Notes under the pieces: generated by a model | What the model was told of the DNA's origin: nothing | Database searches by the model: none | The model's input: only the letters and a program-made list of their open reading frames with translations | Part shown: positions 25,811 through 38,570 of the stretch, one piece after another | Layout of the letters: each line of letters begins with the position of its first letter | Position numbering within the stretch: the first letter of the stretch is position 1 | Program-made: the position numbers and the translations under genes | DNA from: Strigamia acuminata | Taxonomy: Eukaryota | Assembly: GCA_949358305.1 (NCBI GenBank) | Contig: OX442314.1 | Location: 33,294,001 to 33,358,000, forward strand | DNA length: 64,000 bases | Reading direction: 5' to 3'

Positions 25811-26275
25811 TTAGTCCAGTTCGAGGATTCGAATGCGGCGGACTGAACGCAAGTAGTCCTTGCCATTGACCGCGGTAATGCGCACCACACGTACGAGTCC
25901 GTCTTCACCCTGCAGCACCTCCTTGACCCGTGCTAATGGCCAAAAGTAAAGGTTGGAACCGATTTTCTCCATCAGCACGATGTGGCCAACGGTCGGATTC
26001 TTAAAGGACGAATCACCTTTCACCTCGTGAAAGTTTTTTAACTATTTGAGATAGCTTTCTCGCCAATGGTTCCAAAACTTCCAGATGAAATGTCTCTTTT
26101 TTCGGTCCAGTTTCTTCCGATCCTTGCGACGGATCGCCTTGACGGTTCGGTTAATGACGTATTTGGGCATGCCACCCGTCAAGAAGTTCTCGGGGGGAAA
26201 GTATTCGACCACCGTCGGGCTCTTCGTGGACGTACGAAAGCGGCCTCGGGTTAAGGATTCACCTGTCCGTCTTTA
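25811..26275 (-). mobile_element. BEL/Pao retrotransposon integrase C-terminal remnant
   Basis: PENFLTG...FWNHWRESYL*...WPLARVKEVLQGEDGLVRVVRI...YLRSVRRIRILE matches the conserved BEL polyprotein tail. Confidence 0.85.
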
Positions 26276-26325
26276 AGGACAGCGTTTACCTTGTCCAGAG
26301 TACAGACCTTTGAAAATTGGGGGCA

Positions 26326-26897
26326 TGTGAGCCAGCTTAGAAGCGCGTGACCAATATGCAGGTAAACCGAGCGAGAAAAGAAGTCAATTATTTGGCTGTA
26401 AACCAGGTTTGCACAGTCTGTATCTAAGAAAGAAGGAGAGAGATCTATGCCAACAGATAAGATCTTCCCAATTGTGCCTGATGCACGAGTGATCTACTAG
26501 CCTTCTTCTAAGAAAAGAACCAACTAGGGGTCGGAGGGGATTTTAGTAGAGCAGAAGGGGAGAACCCCGAACCCTTAATGCAAGCTAACGAAGCTGTGCA
26601 CTAGTTGTGCATGAGGGAGCAGTACAGCTCGGGGGCAGCGATCGGGTCACCTCTCGACTTGGCTCTCCTCCGAGACGGGAGAACCAACAATTTCAGCAAC
26701 GATGATGGAGAAGGCAGAGTCGGACCGAGGTCCCTTCCTTCGGTCGGTGAAAAGTAAGGACTACAGGGTCTAAGCAAAGATTGTTTACGGTTTTGAGATT
26801 TCAAAAAAGGATTCTTGTAAAAGAAGAGTGTTGATAATTAAAACTTTTAATAAAACCACCCAAAATGACTAGTTCAGTTGCCACACCGGGTCTTACA
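26326..26897 (+). mobile_element. 3' LTR of a truncated LTR retrotransposon
   Basis: TGTGAGCC...GGTCTTACA termini, a purine tract GAAAATTGGGGGCA immediately upstream, and AATAAA near 26849. Confidence 0.6.
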
Positions 26898-28423
26898 AAC
26901 TTCTATAAATAAAATCTTTAAACTAATCTTAAACTCAAAGGAATTGATTACTTTAATCATACAATTAAAGTAAGCAATTCAGGCTACCAATCTCAATAAA
27001 GAAACTTATAGTTTACTTTTAACTCAAACTATTGGTTTATCCTGTGTTCAGAATAACTGATAAAATACAATAAAGAAAGATAAATAAAGTTATACATTTA
27101 CTAATATTATATGAAATAATATGAAAGAAGAGGAAAAATAAACAATTGGTGAAGGCGACGTTGATTTCTCGTCGTCGTTGTCGTTGTTGTTTTACCTCGA
27201 TGGCGACGTCTCGAATCCGTACGACCTGCACGAATTCGCTTCGTACCCTCTCACTGGCGATCGGAATGAATTCCGATTGCTTCTTCCTCCACGCTGATTC
27301 GGAATAAATTCCTAATGACTCTCTTTTGGTGCGACAAGCTCGCACACCGGCTATGGTCTCGCTACGAATCGCTTTCGCAGCAAGGAAATATCTCGTTGTG
27401 AACTGTTTTCACAACAAGAAAGGATTCTCACCACAGATAATTCAATGGCAAGAAGATATCTCGTGTCAAGAGTGTTTTTGACACAAGAAAGTTAGTCCAA
27501 ATGTATCCCAAAATCACTAACTGCTGCAAAGAAGTTTGGCTTTTCTGAAAGCAATTTTTAGTGACTGTTTCTGGGTATTTTTCAAATTAGACTGAGGAAA
27601 ACTCACTTTTTCCTCTTTGGTGACAGGAAATGCTTCCTGCCACCCACATTTCTCCCAGTCTCCGTGCTCTGGCAACGCTCATAAAAAACTCAATTTTCTT
27701 TATTTTTTATAACTATAAAAAATAACACACTGGTAAAAATAAAGCATAATTCTTTTTATTTAGATACAAACGTGAAAATTGGCTTGAGTAAATATTTATT
27801 AAGAATAAATTCAAATAAAAAAGATAAACTCAAAATTCTTTCTCGGTGACCACCGGCCACCGGCCACTCAAAAACTGACGCTTAGCACTTGAATGGTGCC
27901 AAGTTGTGTATCGTATTCTATTGAAGGGAAATTGCTGTATCAAAGGACAAGCTATGTAAAGTGGACGGTTCTTAGTCGACAAGTGGGACTATTTTGAACG
28001 CGACTGCAAATATTCTAGGAAAAGAAGAAATTTCAATCAATTGTGGAGCCCCGGGTGTTTCTGGGAAGCTCACCCGAGTGCTCTTGAACCTTTCTAATGT
28101 GAAGGGGCTTTCTAAGAGGGCTTGTTAGAGTAGACAAGGCTGTGTGTGTCCTACACCAATGGGATGTGAGTAGAGAGCCTTGGGGATACTGCTCGTGAAG
28201 AGGCATTGTCTCGAATCTCATCATATCCAGTAATGAAAAGTCCTTTCGTGTGAGTAACTGTGGAAATGCTAACTAAGAATAGAAGAAAGAATTGGTATAT
28301 CTAAAGAGAGTTGTGTCATTAACTATATAGAAGAGGATTCTGCAAGATTCGTCAACAGAAAAAAGGAATCAGAGCCAGAAGTCCAAAATCTGGCATGGAC
28401 GAAAATCAAAGAAAAATAACTGG

Positions 28424-29510
28424 CGGTCAATTGACTCAATTTTCTGTTCAATTTGTTTCGTTTTTTCTTTCATCTCAGAATTTTTTTTGTATTGTAAACT
28501 CACATTTCCGACATGAAAGTGGCTTTTACACGATTTCTTTCTGTAAACCCGCATTCTTATGTGGTTGTGGGATTTTTTACGCGCTTGTATTGTAGGCCCG
28601 CATTCGTAAATGTGTGCGGCATTTACATGATTTTGTATTGTAAGACTGCATTCCTACATGAATGTTGAATTTACATTTTCTTGTGCTTGTTTTTGCCTCA
28701 CATTGTCAGTTCTCTGTATTCTAAAGTGGTGGTTTGGTCATTTGTAGGACTGGACAAATTTATTTGAGGTACACTACTTTTATTTTTTTCCTATTTTTTT
28801 TAATTTGTTTGTACCCAACCATTCACTCGATTTTAATTCATTTTTAATCAACTTGACTGTCAAATGTTTCTCCCCTGTCCAAAAGAATGTCGCATCTTTA
28901 CGTGATGAGTGTTATCGCATGTAGGTGCAAATGGAAATCTGCATTTGCCTTCCTCGTTGTCAAAATATTGAATGGAAAATCTTTTTTTCAAATCCTTGTG
29001 GTGGAATTTTGTTGGCACCCGTGACAAAAGCCAGCAAATCTTCAAATTCCACAGGTACCCTTTTCTCTAAAGAAAATTACCGGTTAGTTGAAAATGGCAG
29101 AATCAAATATTTTATATGTTAATTACTTACATTGAATGTCTACATGTTTGGAAAATTTCTTCAATCTAGTAATAGCAATAATAATATTAATATAAATTTT
29201 TTCGATGAGATATTCATTTATTATTGCTGTATAAGGAATATCGGATGAAAATTAAAGAATCAAATATTTTATATTTTAAATACTTACGTTGAATCTCTAA
29301 ATGATATATTGTGATTTCTTCTTTTGCTCTTCTATTGCTACCTTCTACTGAATACAGAACCTGGTACAACTCCTTGAATTTCTCTATTGATACTGCATGT
29401 TTGTTGAACAAAAAGAGGAAGACATAGCTCCCAATCACGTTTAATGGTGTTAACAAAGTTTGGGTTTATCGGGTTCAACTCCTTTTTAAAAGCTTTAATT
29501 TTAGTCACAG
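28424..29510 (-). repeat. Repeat family A copy 3 plus a more divergent HECT exon (29270-29510)
   Basis: Same blocks as copies 1 and 2. Reads FKELYQVLYSVEGSNRRAKEEITIYHLEIQ. Confidence 0.8.
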
Positions 29511-30899
29511 TCATTTTCTTTTCAAATTCCTCTTTCTTCTTCAGCCTTCATTTCAATGTTTCCTCGGCTTTCCTCTTTTGCTGGCTTAATTCACACTGCA
29601 CGGCAGTTCAACATAAAATAACATTCAGGTCGTACTCACCTACGACCCGAAGCAGCCACTCATGGAGGGTGCACTATGGAGACTGCCATAGTACTGAGCA
29701 TCACTGTGGTGAATGGCGAGGAGTGCAGAGTCCACGTTAGCCGGGACACGTCTTCTCCCCTTGGTGGTTACAGCTCCTCTTGCTCTCATGGCCGGAGAGA
29801 GACCTTCGTCCCTCTATGCCCGATGACAAACTCTCTCATTTCCACACCACTCAGCTCCCTCTGCCCTCAGGTTAGGTTACTCCACCCATAGAGGGGGTGA
29901 CCTAGGGGCTGTAAGGTGGTGTGTGGCAGTGACGTAGGTCACCCTGGGTCCACCTTCATTAGCGATGAATTCTTGGAGTTCAACATCTACGAGGTAGCTT
30001 CGTAGGAAGTACAAGATGGTGGGACCACAAGATTCGCCATCCTAGGCGGTTTCCAAAGCCAAAATTGTGGGATTTCAAATTGCGCACCAATGAAAGAATT
30101 TTTTATATTCAGCCAATTTTCATTCCTACCTACAGAGAGGTCATACAATATTAACTCAGATACAGGTCGTGAATGGTCAAAAATGTAAATCATCCAATGG
30201 CAAGGCACCGGGACTGGAAAAATCTAAATTTTTTGCTCTGGTGACGGGAAATCACCAGAATGTCGTAGCCAGTCTCGGGCATTCGCCCTATTCTTGGATA
30301 ACATCATTTTCACAATTGTGGAGGGAAAACACTAGACATTGGTGTACTCACTTATCACAATGTTAAGATAATAGTCGATTATCGAGTCATGCAGCCAAGA
30401 TGCCACCTCTGGTGTGAGTGTTGCCAAGGCTGCCATTTTGAAAGTACAAATTTGGACTAATGGACGTCTCGAGGACTAAAAACAAATGTCATCAGGCGGC
30501 ATCGAAATTGATTGATAGGCCTCCAATAGGCCTCCACTCGAAGTGGAATCAGGATTTGTTCCCGGTTCGCCGAAAATGAAAGGAGGGAGCAATCGATTGA
30601 TTTTTCAAATTTTTTGTTTTTTGCTTTCTTCCCTCGTTTTTTTGCTATTGTACAAGATCGTATAGTGATTATTTAGTACTAACCGGGTAGAAAGTGCACT
30701 TAGAATAAATGTGATGGTAATCCAACACGTGTAACCATTGAATCCTAATGTTGAGCGATGAATTATCTGGAGAGCGGGATCGCGACCTACTCCTCCGCGC
30801 GCTTCATGTACGAAAACAAAGAAAATGGAGAAATAAAAAGCACGTCTTGTCTTGTTTATTCGACAATAAAACACTAACTGAATGATAAAACACTGACCA

Positions 30900-31271
30900 T
30901 ATGTTGCGCCCGCATATGTATTGGTGAAAGCGCTTGACTGCGAATAGGATGGCCAGTGCCTCCTTATCGATTTGGGCGTAATTCTTATCTGCATGTGTGG
31001 GCACGTATCCAACGCAGTTGGATCGGCTTACTCTCTTTGATGGTGATGAGCAGATGGAGAGGTAAATACAGCTCTGGCCATTAATGGTTGAAAAGGTTGG
31101 GGGCGAGTCCTCGTCGCTGCCGATTAATAGGTCATGGGTTGCCATAAAGTCAGCCACAGTTCTACCTCTCGTGTCTGTGAGGTTGTTACCCCACAGTTCT
31201 TTGCGTGCGTTAAAGTCACCAACAATAGCTACCCTATCGGGGTAGCTACCTAATAGTCTGTTAATTGTCAT
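30900..31271 (-). mobile_element. Fused remnants: non-LTR APE endonuclease fragment and Gypsy RNase H fragment
   Basis: IVGDFNARKELWG...RGRTVADF...PPTF (APE) is followed by KNYAQIDKEALAILFAVKRFHQYICG (RNase H). Confidence 0.8.
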
Positions 31272-31298
31272 CAGGTATAGGTCAATCTGTATGCTTGG

Positions 31299-31529
31299 TC
31301 AACAAAGGCACCACAATGTTTCTTTCGCCACCACCAAACTGTGTAAACTGGCGAAGGAAGGCGGCCCGCCCAGCCCGTCCTCTATATCGACGTATGATGA
31401 CGCCCATCGGCGTGAAACCTTGACGTTTTTCCTTGACATTATCTTGGCGCATTCTCGGAAAGTAGAACTCACGTTCGAGTGTAAAACGATGCGACATCGT
31501 TTAGGTCTAACGAAAACTGCTTCGAACAT
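31299..31529 (-). CDS. Candidate 76-aa ORF divergent from SRPK-like gene 2, unknown
   Basis: ATG at 31529, GC-richer than its flanks, TATAAAA-like element about 35-40 nt upstream. No recognisable domain. Confidence 0.2.
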   Translation of the reverse strand: MFEAVFVRPKRCRIVLHSNVSSTFRECAKIMSRKNVKVSRRWASSYVDIEDGLGGPPSFASLHSLVVAKETLWCLC

Positions 31530-31750
31530 GAAAAGCGTCCTATTCAAGTAACAAAATGTCATTTTATAACGTTGCTATAAACGAAAAATGAAAATAAATA
31601 CAGATAAGTTAAATATTAAATATAAAATAATTTGATTTTCGATATATTCCAATTTCAAATGACAATTTTCGTCTTGCGTACGAATGAAAACGTATCCACG
31701 ACGTGATCTTCGTGAAGTAAACGTTCCACACACGGATAAATTGAAATCAC

Positions 31751-31762
31751 GTATATAAACCA
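31751..31762 (+). promoter_or_regulatory. TATA box GTATATAAACCA upstream of SRPK-like gene 2
   Basis: 59 nt upstream of ATG 31810. Identical to the gene 1 element. Confidence 0.55.
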
Positions 31763-31809
31763 CACGCAAACTTAAACAAATCATCACTTTGATTGCCAAT
31801 AACTTCAAT

Positions 31810-32883
31810 ATGTGCACCAACAAACAGCAAGCGACCGAAGACTCTTTCTCGTCCGACGACGAAGAACCAGAAGCAAAGGACGAATATTGCAAAAATGGCT
31901 ACCATCCAGTCGCCATAGGAGACGTATATCACAAGAAATACTCGGTCGTTCGCAAACTCGGCTGGGGAAATTTCTCAACCGTGTGGCTTTGTCGTGACCT
32001 AAACGACTCGCGGTTTGTGGCATTGAAAATAGTGAAAAGCGCGGCCGAGGCCACAGAATCGGCAATAACCGAGATCGAAATGCTCAAATTTGTTCGCCAA
32101 ATGGACGCTTTAGGCACCCACAAGGGCAAAATCGTCAAATTATTGGACGATTTTCAAATCACCGGTGTCAACGGCACGCACGTGTGCATGATATTCGAAC
32201 GTCTAGGGCGCGATTTATTTAAGTGTGGCAATGGTCTGCCCATAGCCGAAGTGAAAAGCATCGTTCGGCAGGTGCTGGAAGGCCTGGACTACCTGCACAC
32301 AACGTGCAATATGATTCACGCCGATATAAAACCGGAGAACATTTGCCGGGACGAAAATGGATTAATCACGATCGCCGATCTTGGAAGTTCGTGTTGGGTG
32401 GACGGCTATTGTTCCGATGTCATCCAAGGGCGGCAATACAGGTCTCCCGAAGTCATATTGGAAGCTGGGTTAGGCCCGGCTGCCGATATTTGGAGCACTG
32501 CGTGCACGGCATTCGAATTGGCCACCGGAAGTTATCTGTTTGCGATCCAGTTTTACAGTCGGTTCTACTCGCCGGACGAGACCCATCTGGGGGAAATTGT
32601 CGCGATGCTCGGCGATATTCCGGAACGGGTCGCTTTGGCGAGCAAGCGATTCGAGAGGTTTTTCTCGTCGAAGGGGAAACTCCGTCATTACCCCCGATTC
32701 AAAATGTGCGCGATTTTAGAATTGTTGAGTGAGACGCATGATTGGAGTGAAGTCGATGCGCGCGAATTTGCCGATTTCTTGCACTCGATGTTGGAGATAG
32801 ACCCGGTGAAGCGCTTGTCAGCCAGGGATTGTCTCGGACATCGTTGGTTAGAGAGAGAGATACAATGCAAGACTCTTCTGTGA
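31810..32883 (+). CDS. SRPK-family Ser/Thr kinase paralog 2, intronless, spacer-less
   Basis: SSDDEEPEAKDEYCKNGYHPVAIGD, RKLGWGNFSTVWLC, VALKIVKSA, HADIKPEN, IADLG, IQGRQYRSPEV and FADFLHSML. Confidence 0.93.
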   Translation: MCTNKQQATEDSFSSDDEEPEAKDEYCKNGYHPVAIGDVYHKKYSVVRKLGWGNFSTVWLCRDLNDSRFVALKIVKSAAEATESAITEIEMLKFVRQMDALGTHKGKIVKLLDDFQITGVNGTHVCMIFERLGRDLFKCGNGLPIAEVKSIVRQVLEGLDYLHTTCNMIHADIKPENICRDENGLITIADLGSSCWVDGYCSDVIQGRQYRSPEVILEAGLGPAADIWSTACTAFELATGSYLFAIQFYSRFYSPDETHLGEIVAMLGDIPERVALASKRFERFFSSKGKLRHYPRFKMCAILELLSETHDWSEVDAREFADFLHSMLEIDPVKRLSARDCLGHRWLEREIQCKTLL

Positions 32884-34357
32884 GTGAGGGTGGGGCCTGT
32901 TAGCATTAGTCTGCTGATGATTTTGTATTGTTATGTATTTGGAATGTAAAAAATTGTTGACAAAATAAATTAATATTTTCTCGAGATATAATTTTTAACT
33001 TTTTTACGGAATATATATGTTGTTTTTATATTTAATATCAGAATTTTTTATTACTTTGTTCTGGTTCGAGAGCTTGCATCAGCGGGTTCGAGAATAAGAC
33101 GACGCATGCGCAGAAAAGGTATCTTCCGTTATGCCTGTCGCATTGACTTGTGAGTATGGTTACCATAGTTGGAATTTCTCTAACACTGAGTTTTTGTAGC
33201 GCGGCCTGGTAGGAACAAGTGTTATTAGCTTATGTAATTTTCAACCAATAGTGATGCTTTCCGTCGGCATAGCAACAGTGACGTGTTTTGTGTTGTTATC
33301 ATTCCATTTCGCGCTTCTCAGCCGTTGTTTTCTATCGGTTGCGAATATCATATTCGCAATTTCCATCCGTTTTTCGGTTGTATTCGTGCAGATTTGTATC
33401 AATGTATGACCCAGGAGCTGAATTCAGGTTGGATTTTGAGTCGATGGTTTGAATTTTGGTTAATATTTCTTGGCTACACGTATCAGTTGTATTTGGATTC
33501 CATTTTAGGCCTAATCTTAATTCGGAATGAAATATTTGTTAATGTGTAGGCTGGGAATTTACAATAGGCTCAGAAAATAACTTTTTATTTGTTATTCGGG
33601 TCTGGTTAATCTGATTAAACCAGTCCTAATGCACGTTTTAGCACAACACAGGTTTTTAAAAAGGTTTTAAACTGCATCTGAAATTTGTCTCCGGAATCCA
33701 TTTTATTTTGTGACCTTCGAGTATTGAAAACTGTACTTTTTTTTAAAAGAAAGTGGCTACAACTTGTGAGAGGAGCAGGTTGTGTTGGTTGAAATGACTC
33801 CATGAAATGCTTTCCAACTTCCTATTTTGCGTCTTGCTCGACCAATTTCAATCCTATTTTTCGTTTTTCTCTCGTTTTCTTTCATCGAACATAGCGACTG
33901 CCTATTTAAAAAAAAAAAGATATTTGGGGGCAGCAAATCCAACTCTCTACCTCCTCGTGGTTGCCCTCGGACCCTGGCCGTCGTTCCAGTGGTACTGAAT
34001 GAGAGCTCTGGTATTGGAATTTGGATTCTTATTTTTGTTCAAATGTGGATTGATCTTAGCCAATTTTTGAAAATACTGGTTTGATGTTTTCATGTTCTTT
34101 TCCAATCTCAATCTCTCTGATAACTTGATAACTCTTGCTTCACTTTTTATGCATTTTGTGCCTTAATTTGACCAATGATTTGGTTTCTGTAAGACTGCAT
34201 TCCATTAAATCAGTCGAAATTTTATGCATAAAATTTGGTACATAGCGACTGCCCATTTAAAAAAAAGATATTTGGTGGCAGAAAATTCAACTCTGTACTT
34301 TGGTGTCGAATTTTTTTGTGTAAATGTCGATTTTTAATCGAGTTTTTGACGTTTCAG

Positions 34358-35533
34358 TTGACGGTTATACAAGGTGATATCGCGAACGTTAAGGCCAATG
34401 GGGATTTCATACTAAGGTCGAAATGAATAAGGTCGAAACGGGATTTCGACCTTATTCATTTCTACCCAAGTATCCCATCTTTGGGCGAAATGATTAAAGT
34501 CGAATTTACGTATACCGAAATGACTAGGGTCGAAAACTCTATTAAAACTGGAAAAACACGTAAAAGATGATAAAACACCGGTTAAAACCGAAAAAAATAA
34601 TAAAAACCATGAAAAACTGATTAAAACTCGAAAAAAACCTGAAAAATCAGCAAAAAACCGGGAAAAAATGGGAAAAAAAACATTAAAAACATTAAAAAAC
34701 GGTTTAAAAATGGAAAAAACGTTAAGAAATCATAAAACAAATGATAAAAACGAGTTAAAACGAGGTGAAAAACATACAAAACCGAAAAAAAAATGGCGTC
34801 GACGTGCTGCAGTGAAGCACCGGGTAAATGCGCTAATCAGCCTGCCGGCGCGCATTTTGTAATAAATATGGTGTTTTAGGCGGTGTTTTTTGCATTGTTT
34901 GATCAGACCAGTGTGTACACACTTTATAATGCCAATTAACATTACAAAAAAAAATTAAAATAAAAAGAACTTTATTTAGGTTAAAATGAAGTTACTTTAT
35001 TACTTATTTACAAAATAAATAAGAAAAATAAGAAATAGTTTCTTCTAGAAGCTCTGGTTTCCTGAAAATATAAAACTTATATAACACATGTGATAAAAAA
35101 CATTTCTTAGATTGTGATTAGAGAAAGAGAGAAGACACGAGATTCTCATGGGAAATTCTCATGTTTTTGAATTTTTTACTTTCGACCTTATTCATATAAA
35201 AATTTAGAATTTCGACCTTATTCATGAATAAGGTCGAAATTATATGAATAAGGTCGAAATTACATTTTCTGAAATGACTAGGGTCGAAATGACTAAGGTC
35301 GAAATCCTATTTCGATCTTATTCATGAATAAGGTCGAAATGACTAAGGTCGAAATCCTGTTTCGATCTTATTCGTGAATAAGGTCGAAACTCTAAATTTT
35401 TATATGAATAAGGTCGAAATGAATAAGGTCGAAATCCTGTTTCGACCTTATTCATTTCGACCCAAGTATCCCATCCCGGCCAATGCGATTATTAATCTGA
35501 CGAATGCGTCGTTTCACATGGCTGGCGGAATGG
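34358..35533 (+). pseudogene. Macro-domain (macroH2A-like) exon fragment split by a transposon
   Basis: After the acceptor tttcag, removing the insert and one TSD gives LTVIQGDIANVKANAIINLTNASFHMAGG. Confidence 0.7.
34401..35477. mobile_element. Foldback-like non-autonomous DNA transposon with modular TIRs (Mutator- or Merlin-type)
   Basis: GGGAT...ATCCC termini, perfect 8-bp TSD GGCCAATG (34393-34400 and 35478-35485), many gaataaggtcgaaat units in both orientations. Confidence 0.85.
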
Positions 35534-37076
35534 ATAACTAAATTAAATGGTTAAAAATGTTAAAAAAAAATTTAAAATTTCAGTTACCTTTATTTCCTTG
35601 TTCCGCCGAACTCCGCTACAAATTTATAACAGCGGAAGGTAATTTATTGTATAATATAAACAACAGGAAAATTAGAATTTCTAAAACAGTAATTATCATC
35701 CACCAACACTGATCATTCAGGTATTTGGCCTGCTGAAGGGCATGTTGAGCCGCATTTCTTTCACGAAGGGCTGCAGCAAGCCTAGTCTGAACATTATCTA
35801 TTTGATCTTCTTTTGGTTGCCCCTGGACCCTGGCCGTCGTTCCAGTGGTACTGGATGAGAGCTCTGGTATTGGAATTTGGATTCTTATTTTTGTTCCAAT
35901 TCTTGAAACTACTAATTTGAAGTTTTCATGTTCTTTTCCAATCTCAATCTCTCTGATAACTTGATAACTCTTGCTTCACTTTTTATGGATTTTGTGCCTT
36001 AATTTGACCAATGATTTGGCTTCTGTAAGACTGCATTCCATTAAATGAGTCGAAATTTCGTGCATAAAATTTGGTATTGTAAGCCTGCATGAGTGTAGCA
36101 TTTGCCATAGATGAAATTTAATCGATATTCGTGTACTGCAAGACTGCATTTCATATATTCTAATACATCTATGCATGTTTAGGGTATTTCAAGTTTCAAG
36201 TGGGTCTTGCAATGCACGTAAAACAGACACAGACCATCCATTTCTTGACTATGCATCTGTTTCATAAATAATAATAATAATAATTGGCACCACATGTGCC
36301 AACCCTCTTCATGGCTTTCTGGTGACTTTTGCCCTTTTACACGTCGCCCCACCCCCTCTGTTTAATCATTTAAAACTAAACTAAATTATTTTTAAAAAAG
36401 ATGCTTTAGAATACATTGACGATGTACTCTCTAAGGGCTCTGACTCTTGAGCACCGGACTTTGACTTAAACTTCGAGTAGTCGGGCTTGCTCGGCCAGTC
36501 GGAGCATGCCCAACTCCTTCCGCCAGATCCACTTCTTGACATATGTAATAGTCCGATTTCTCTATTGTGGCCCAATGGTCTGCACGTTGATTGCTGATAT
36601 GTAATAGTCCGATTCCTCCTTTTTGGCCCAATGGTCTGCCCGTTGATTGCTGGCTGGTGTACGCCAACAAAGAACATTTCCAGCAGGCGGCTTTGCAAGC
36701 GGTGTCCGTGCGTCGTGCGTGCTTGAAGACGGCCAAACACATGTAGGTGGTACGGTTGAGCGTGCCGGTGTGCGTGCACCTGGTCGTGTAGTTCCCTGGC
36801 CACAATTAATTCCTGACACATTGGTCGCAATGTGTCAGGAATTTCCTCAAGGAATCTCTCTGTTGCAAGCACGTCGAGAATTGTGAAGCAGCAGAAGCTC
36901 TTAGGAAATAAGAAGAATAAATTCTCACTGGATGGACAATAAAAAATAGGTGTTTGAATTCAACCAAAAATCCACGCTACAAGAATCGGTTTGTAAACGA
37001 AAAATATCAACCACAATTGTTTCACACTTTAAAAAAGCAAAATAATCGGTGTATGATTATTTTCTGTACAGATATA

Positions 37077-37383
37077 CAGTGACTCCCCCTATATACAAAC
37101 ATTCGAGTTACAAACTTTCGGCGTTATAAACTTCAAGTTTTGCAGCAGTGCATAAGTTAGTTCAGCCGTTGTACTTTTCAAAGTAAAGTTAAAAACTTTG
37201 CTTAACATGTGCCTTTATCAATTTCTAATAAAAAAAATTAAAAAAAAAAAACAAGATTTAAAATGTTTTCTTTAATTAGTATTGACAATTTTTCCACCTT
37301 GTACGCCTTTGCTGCACTTATGAACAATTCGACTTCACAACACATTATCGGAACGAACTCGTTTGTATCTAAGGGACTTACTG
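37077..37383. mobile_element. Tc1/mariner (pogo/Tigger-like) MITE
   Basis: TA|CAGT...ACTG|TA with imperfect TIRs of about 24 bp. Confidence 0.7.
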
Positions 37384-37805
37384 TATACAAGTGCAAATAT
37401 ATAAAATAATAAAAATTCCTACCGGTGCCTGTGTGATGTTATTTCAAAACACGCATGTTCCATTTCCGATTGTCAACTACAATTTCAGTTCGTTTGGCTC
37501 GAAAGACACGACGGGCGGTTCGTTTGTGCTGATTTACCATCTGAAATTAACATTACAAAAATTATTTTCAAGAAATTGTTATTGCAAGAATAATCAAACC
37601 GATCTACCGTCTTCTATTCTTGACCGTTCTTTGTTCGAGATCAAAACAACGGAAACTAAAATTGGCTGCCAGTTTGTGTTCGAGCAGGTGCGGCGAGCTT
37701 ATTTATTACCATTAAAATTCCGAACACAACAAAAGGTCTTCAAAGAACAAGAAAACTCACAATAGAATGCAAGCATTTAGCACCTGAAAACCTCATTGTA
37801 AAGTA

Positions 37806-38570
37806 TCAAAATATAGTGGACATTATAATTATTGAAACTAGCTTAACAAGTGTGTGTCCCCCTCTCCTACACATTTTTTTGACGCCCTTTGTAACTCTCC
37901 TTATATTGTGAGGCTCATTTTGTTTGGAGTATTTGTTTAATTCACTAGCTGGATCAAATGGAATCCTCCAGGTTTTGTCGAGTTTTTTGGTAATAGCTCG
38001 CAGATCATATTTGAGGCTTTCCATTGCCGTCCTAAGATCACTTTTGTATGCTAATCGATATCTGTTCTCTATTTATCTTGCTACGTGTTATTTAAGTCAA
38101 TTTTGCCTTTTTATTGAATAAAAATACAGTAATTCCTATGCATTTATCCTAACCCTACATATTATAATTATATAAAATGGTTTAATGGTTGGTAATAAAT
38201 ATATAAAATCTTAATTTTATATATTTTTAATTACAAATTTCAAATTTTGTTAAAAATTACCGCTACAACCGCGCCATCTACTTATAAAAATTAGCATTTA
38301 TTCGATGTCAAAACCGTTACAATTTGAATAAAAACTTTGGAATAAGGTAAATATAATGCTTTTTACCTTTCTAAGAATTTTCTCAGATTTTCTCAAATTT
38401 GTCAAAATATCTTTCTCAAATATTCCGAGTTAAGAATGGTCCATTTTTCTGTTGTTTGGTTTTGACCATTTTTCCCGCCGAAAGCAAATAGATACATCTC
38501 GTGGGCTACCAATCGAAACCCTCTTCTAGGAGTTGTCATTAAATGGTATCCTCCAGGATTACCGTGGTAA
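37806..38570 (-). repeat. Repeat family C, decayed coding motif KYDLRAITKxLDKTWRIPF (also 50710-51500 and 52190-52260)
   Basis: The motif recurs near 37990, 50760 and 51410. 38150-38560 is nearly identical to 50980-51400. Confidence 0.75.

Noticed and set aside
29987..30005. Hairpin CTACGAGGTAGCTTCGTAG as a Helitron end or terminator
   Set aside because: Short stem, no CTRR end, and no matching other terminus identified.
30804..31271. Novel endonuclease-RNase H fusion protein
   Set aside because: The two short truncated pieces are in different frames and come from unrelated retroelements, so this is a rearrangement scar.
34401..35477. CRISPR-like recurrence of gaataaggtcgaaat
   Set aside because: Units occur in both orientations without regular unique spacers, are bounded by TIRs and a TSD, and no cas genes are present.
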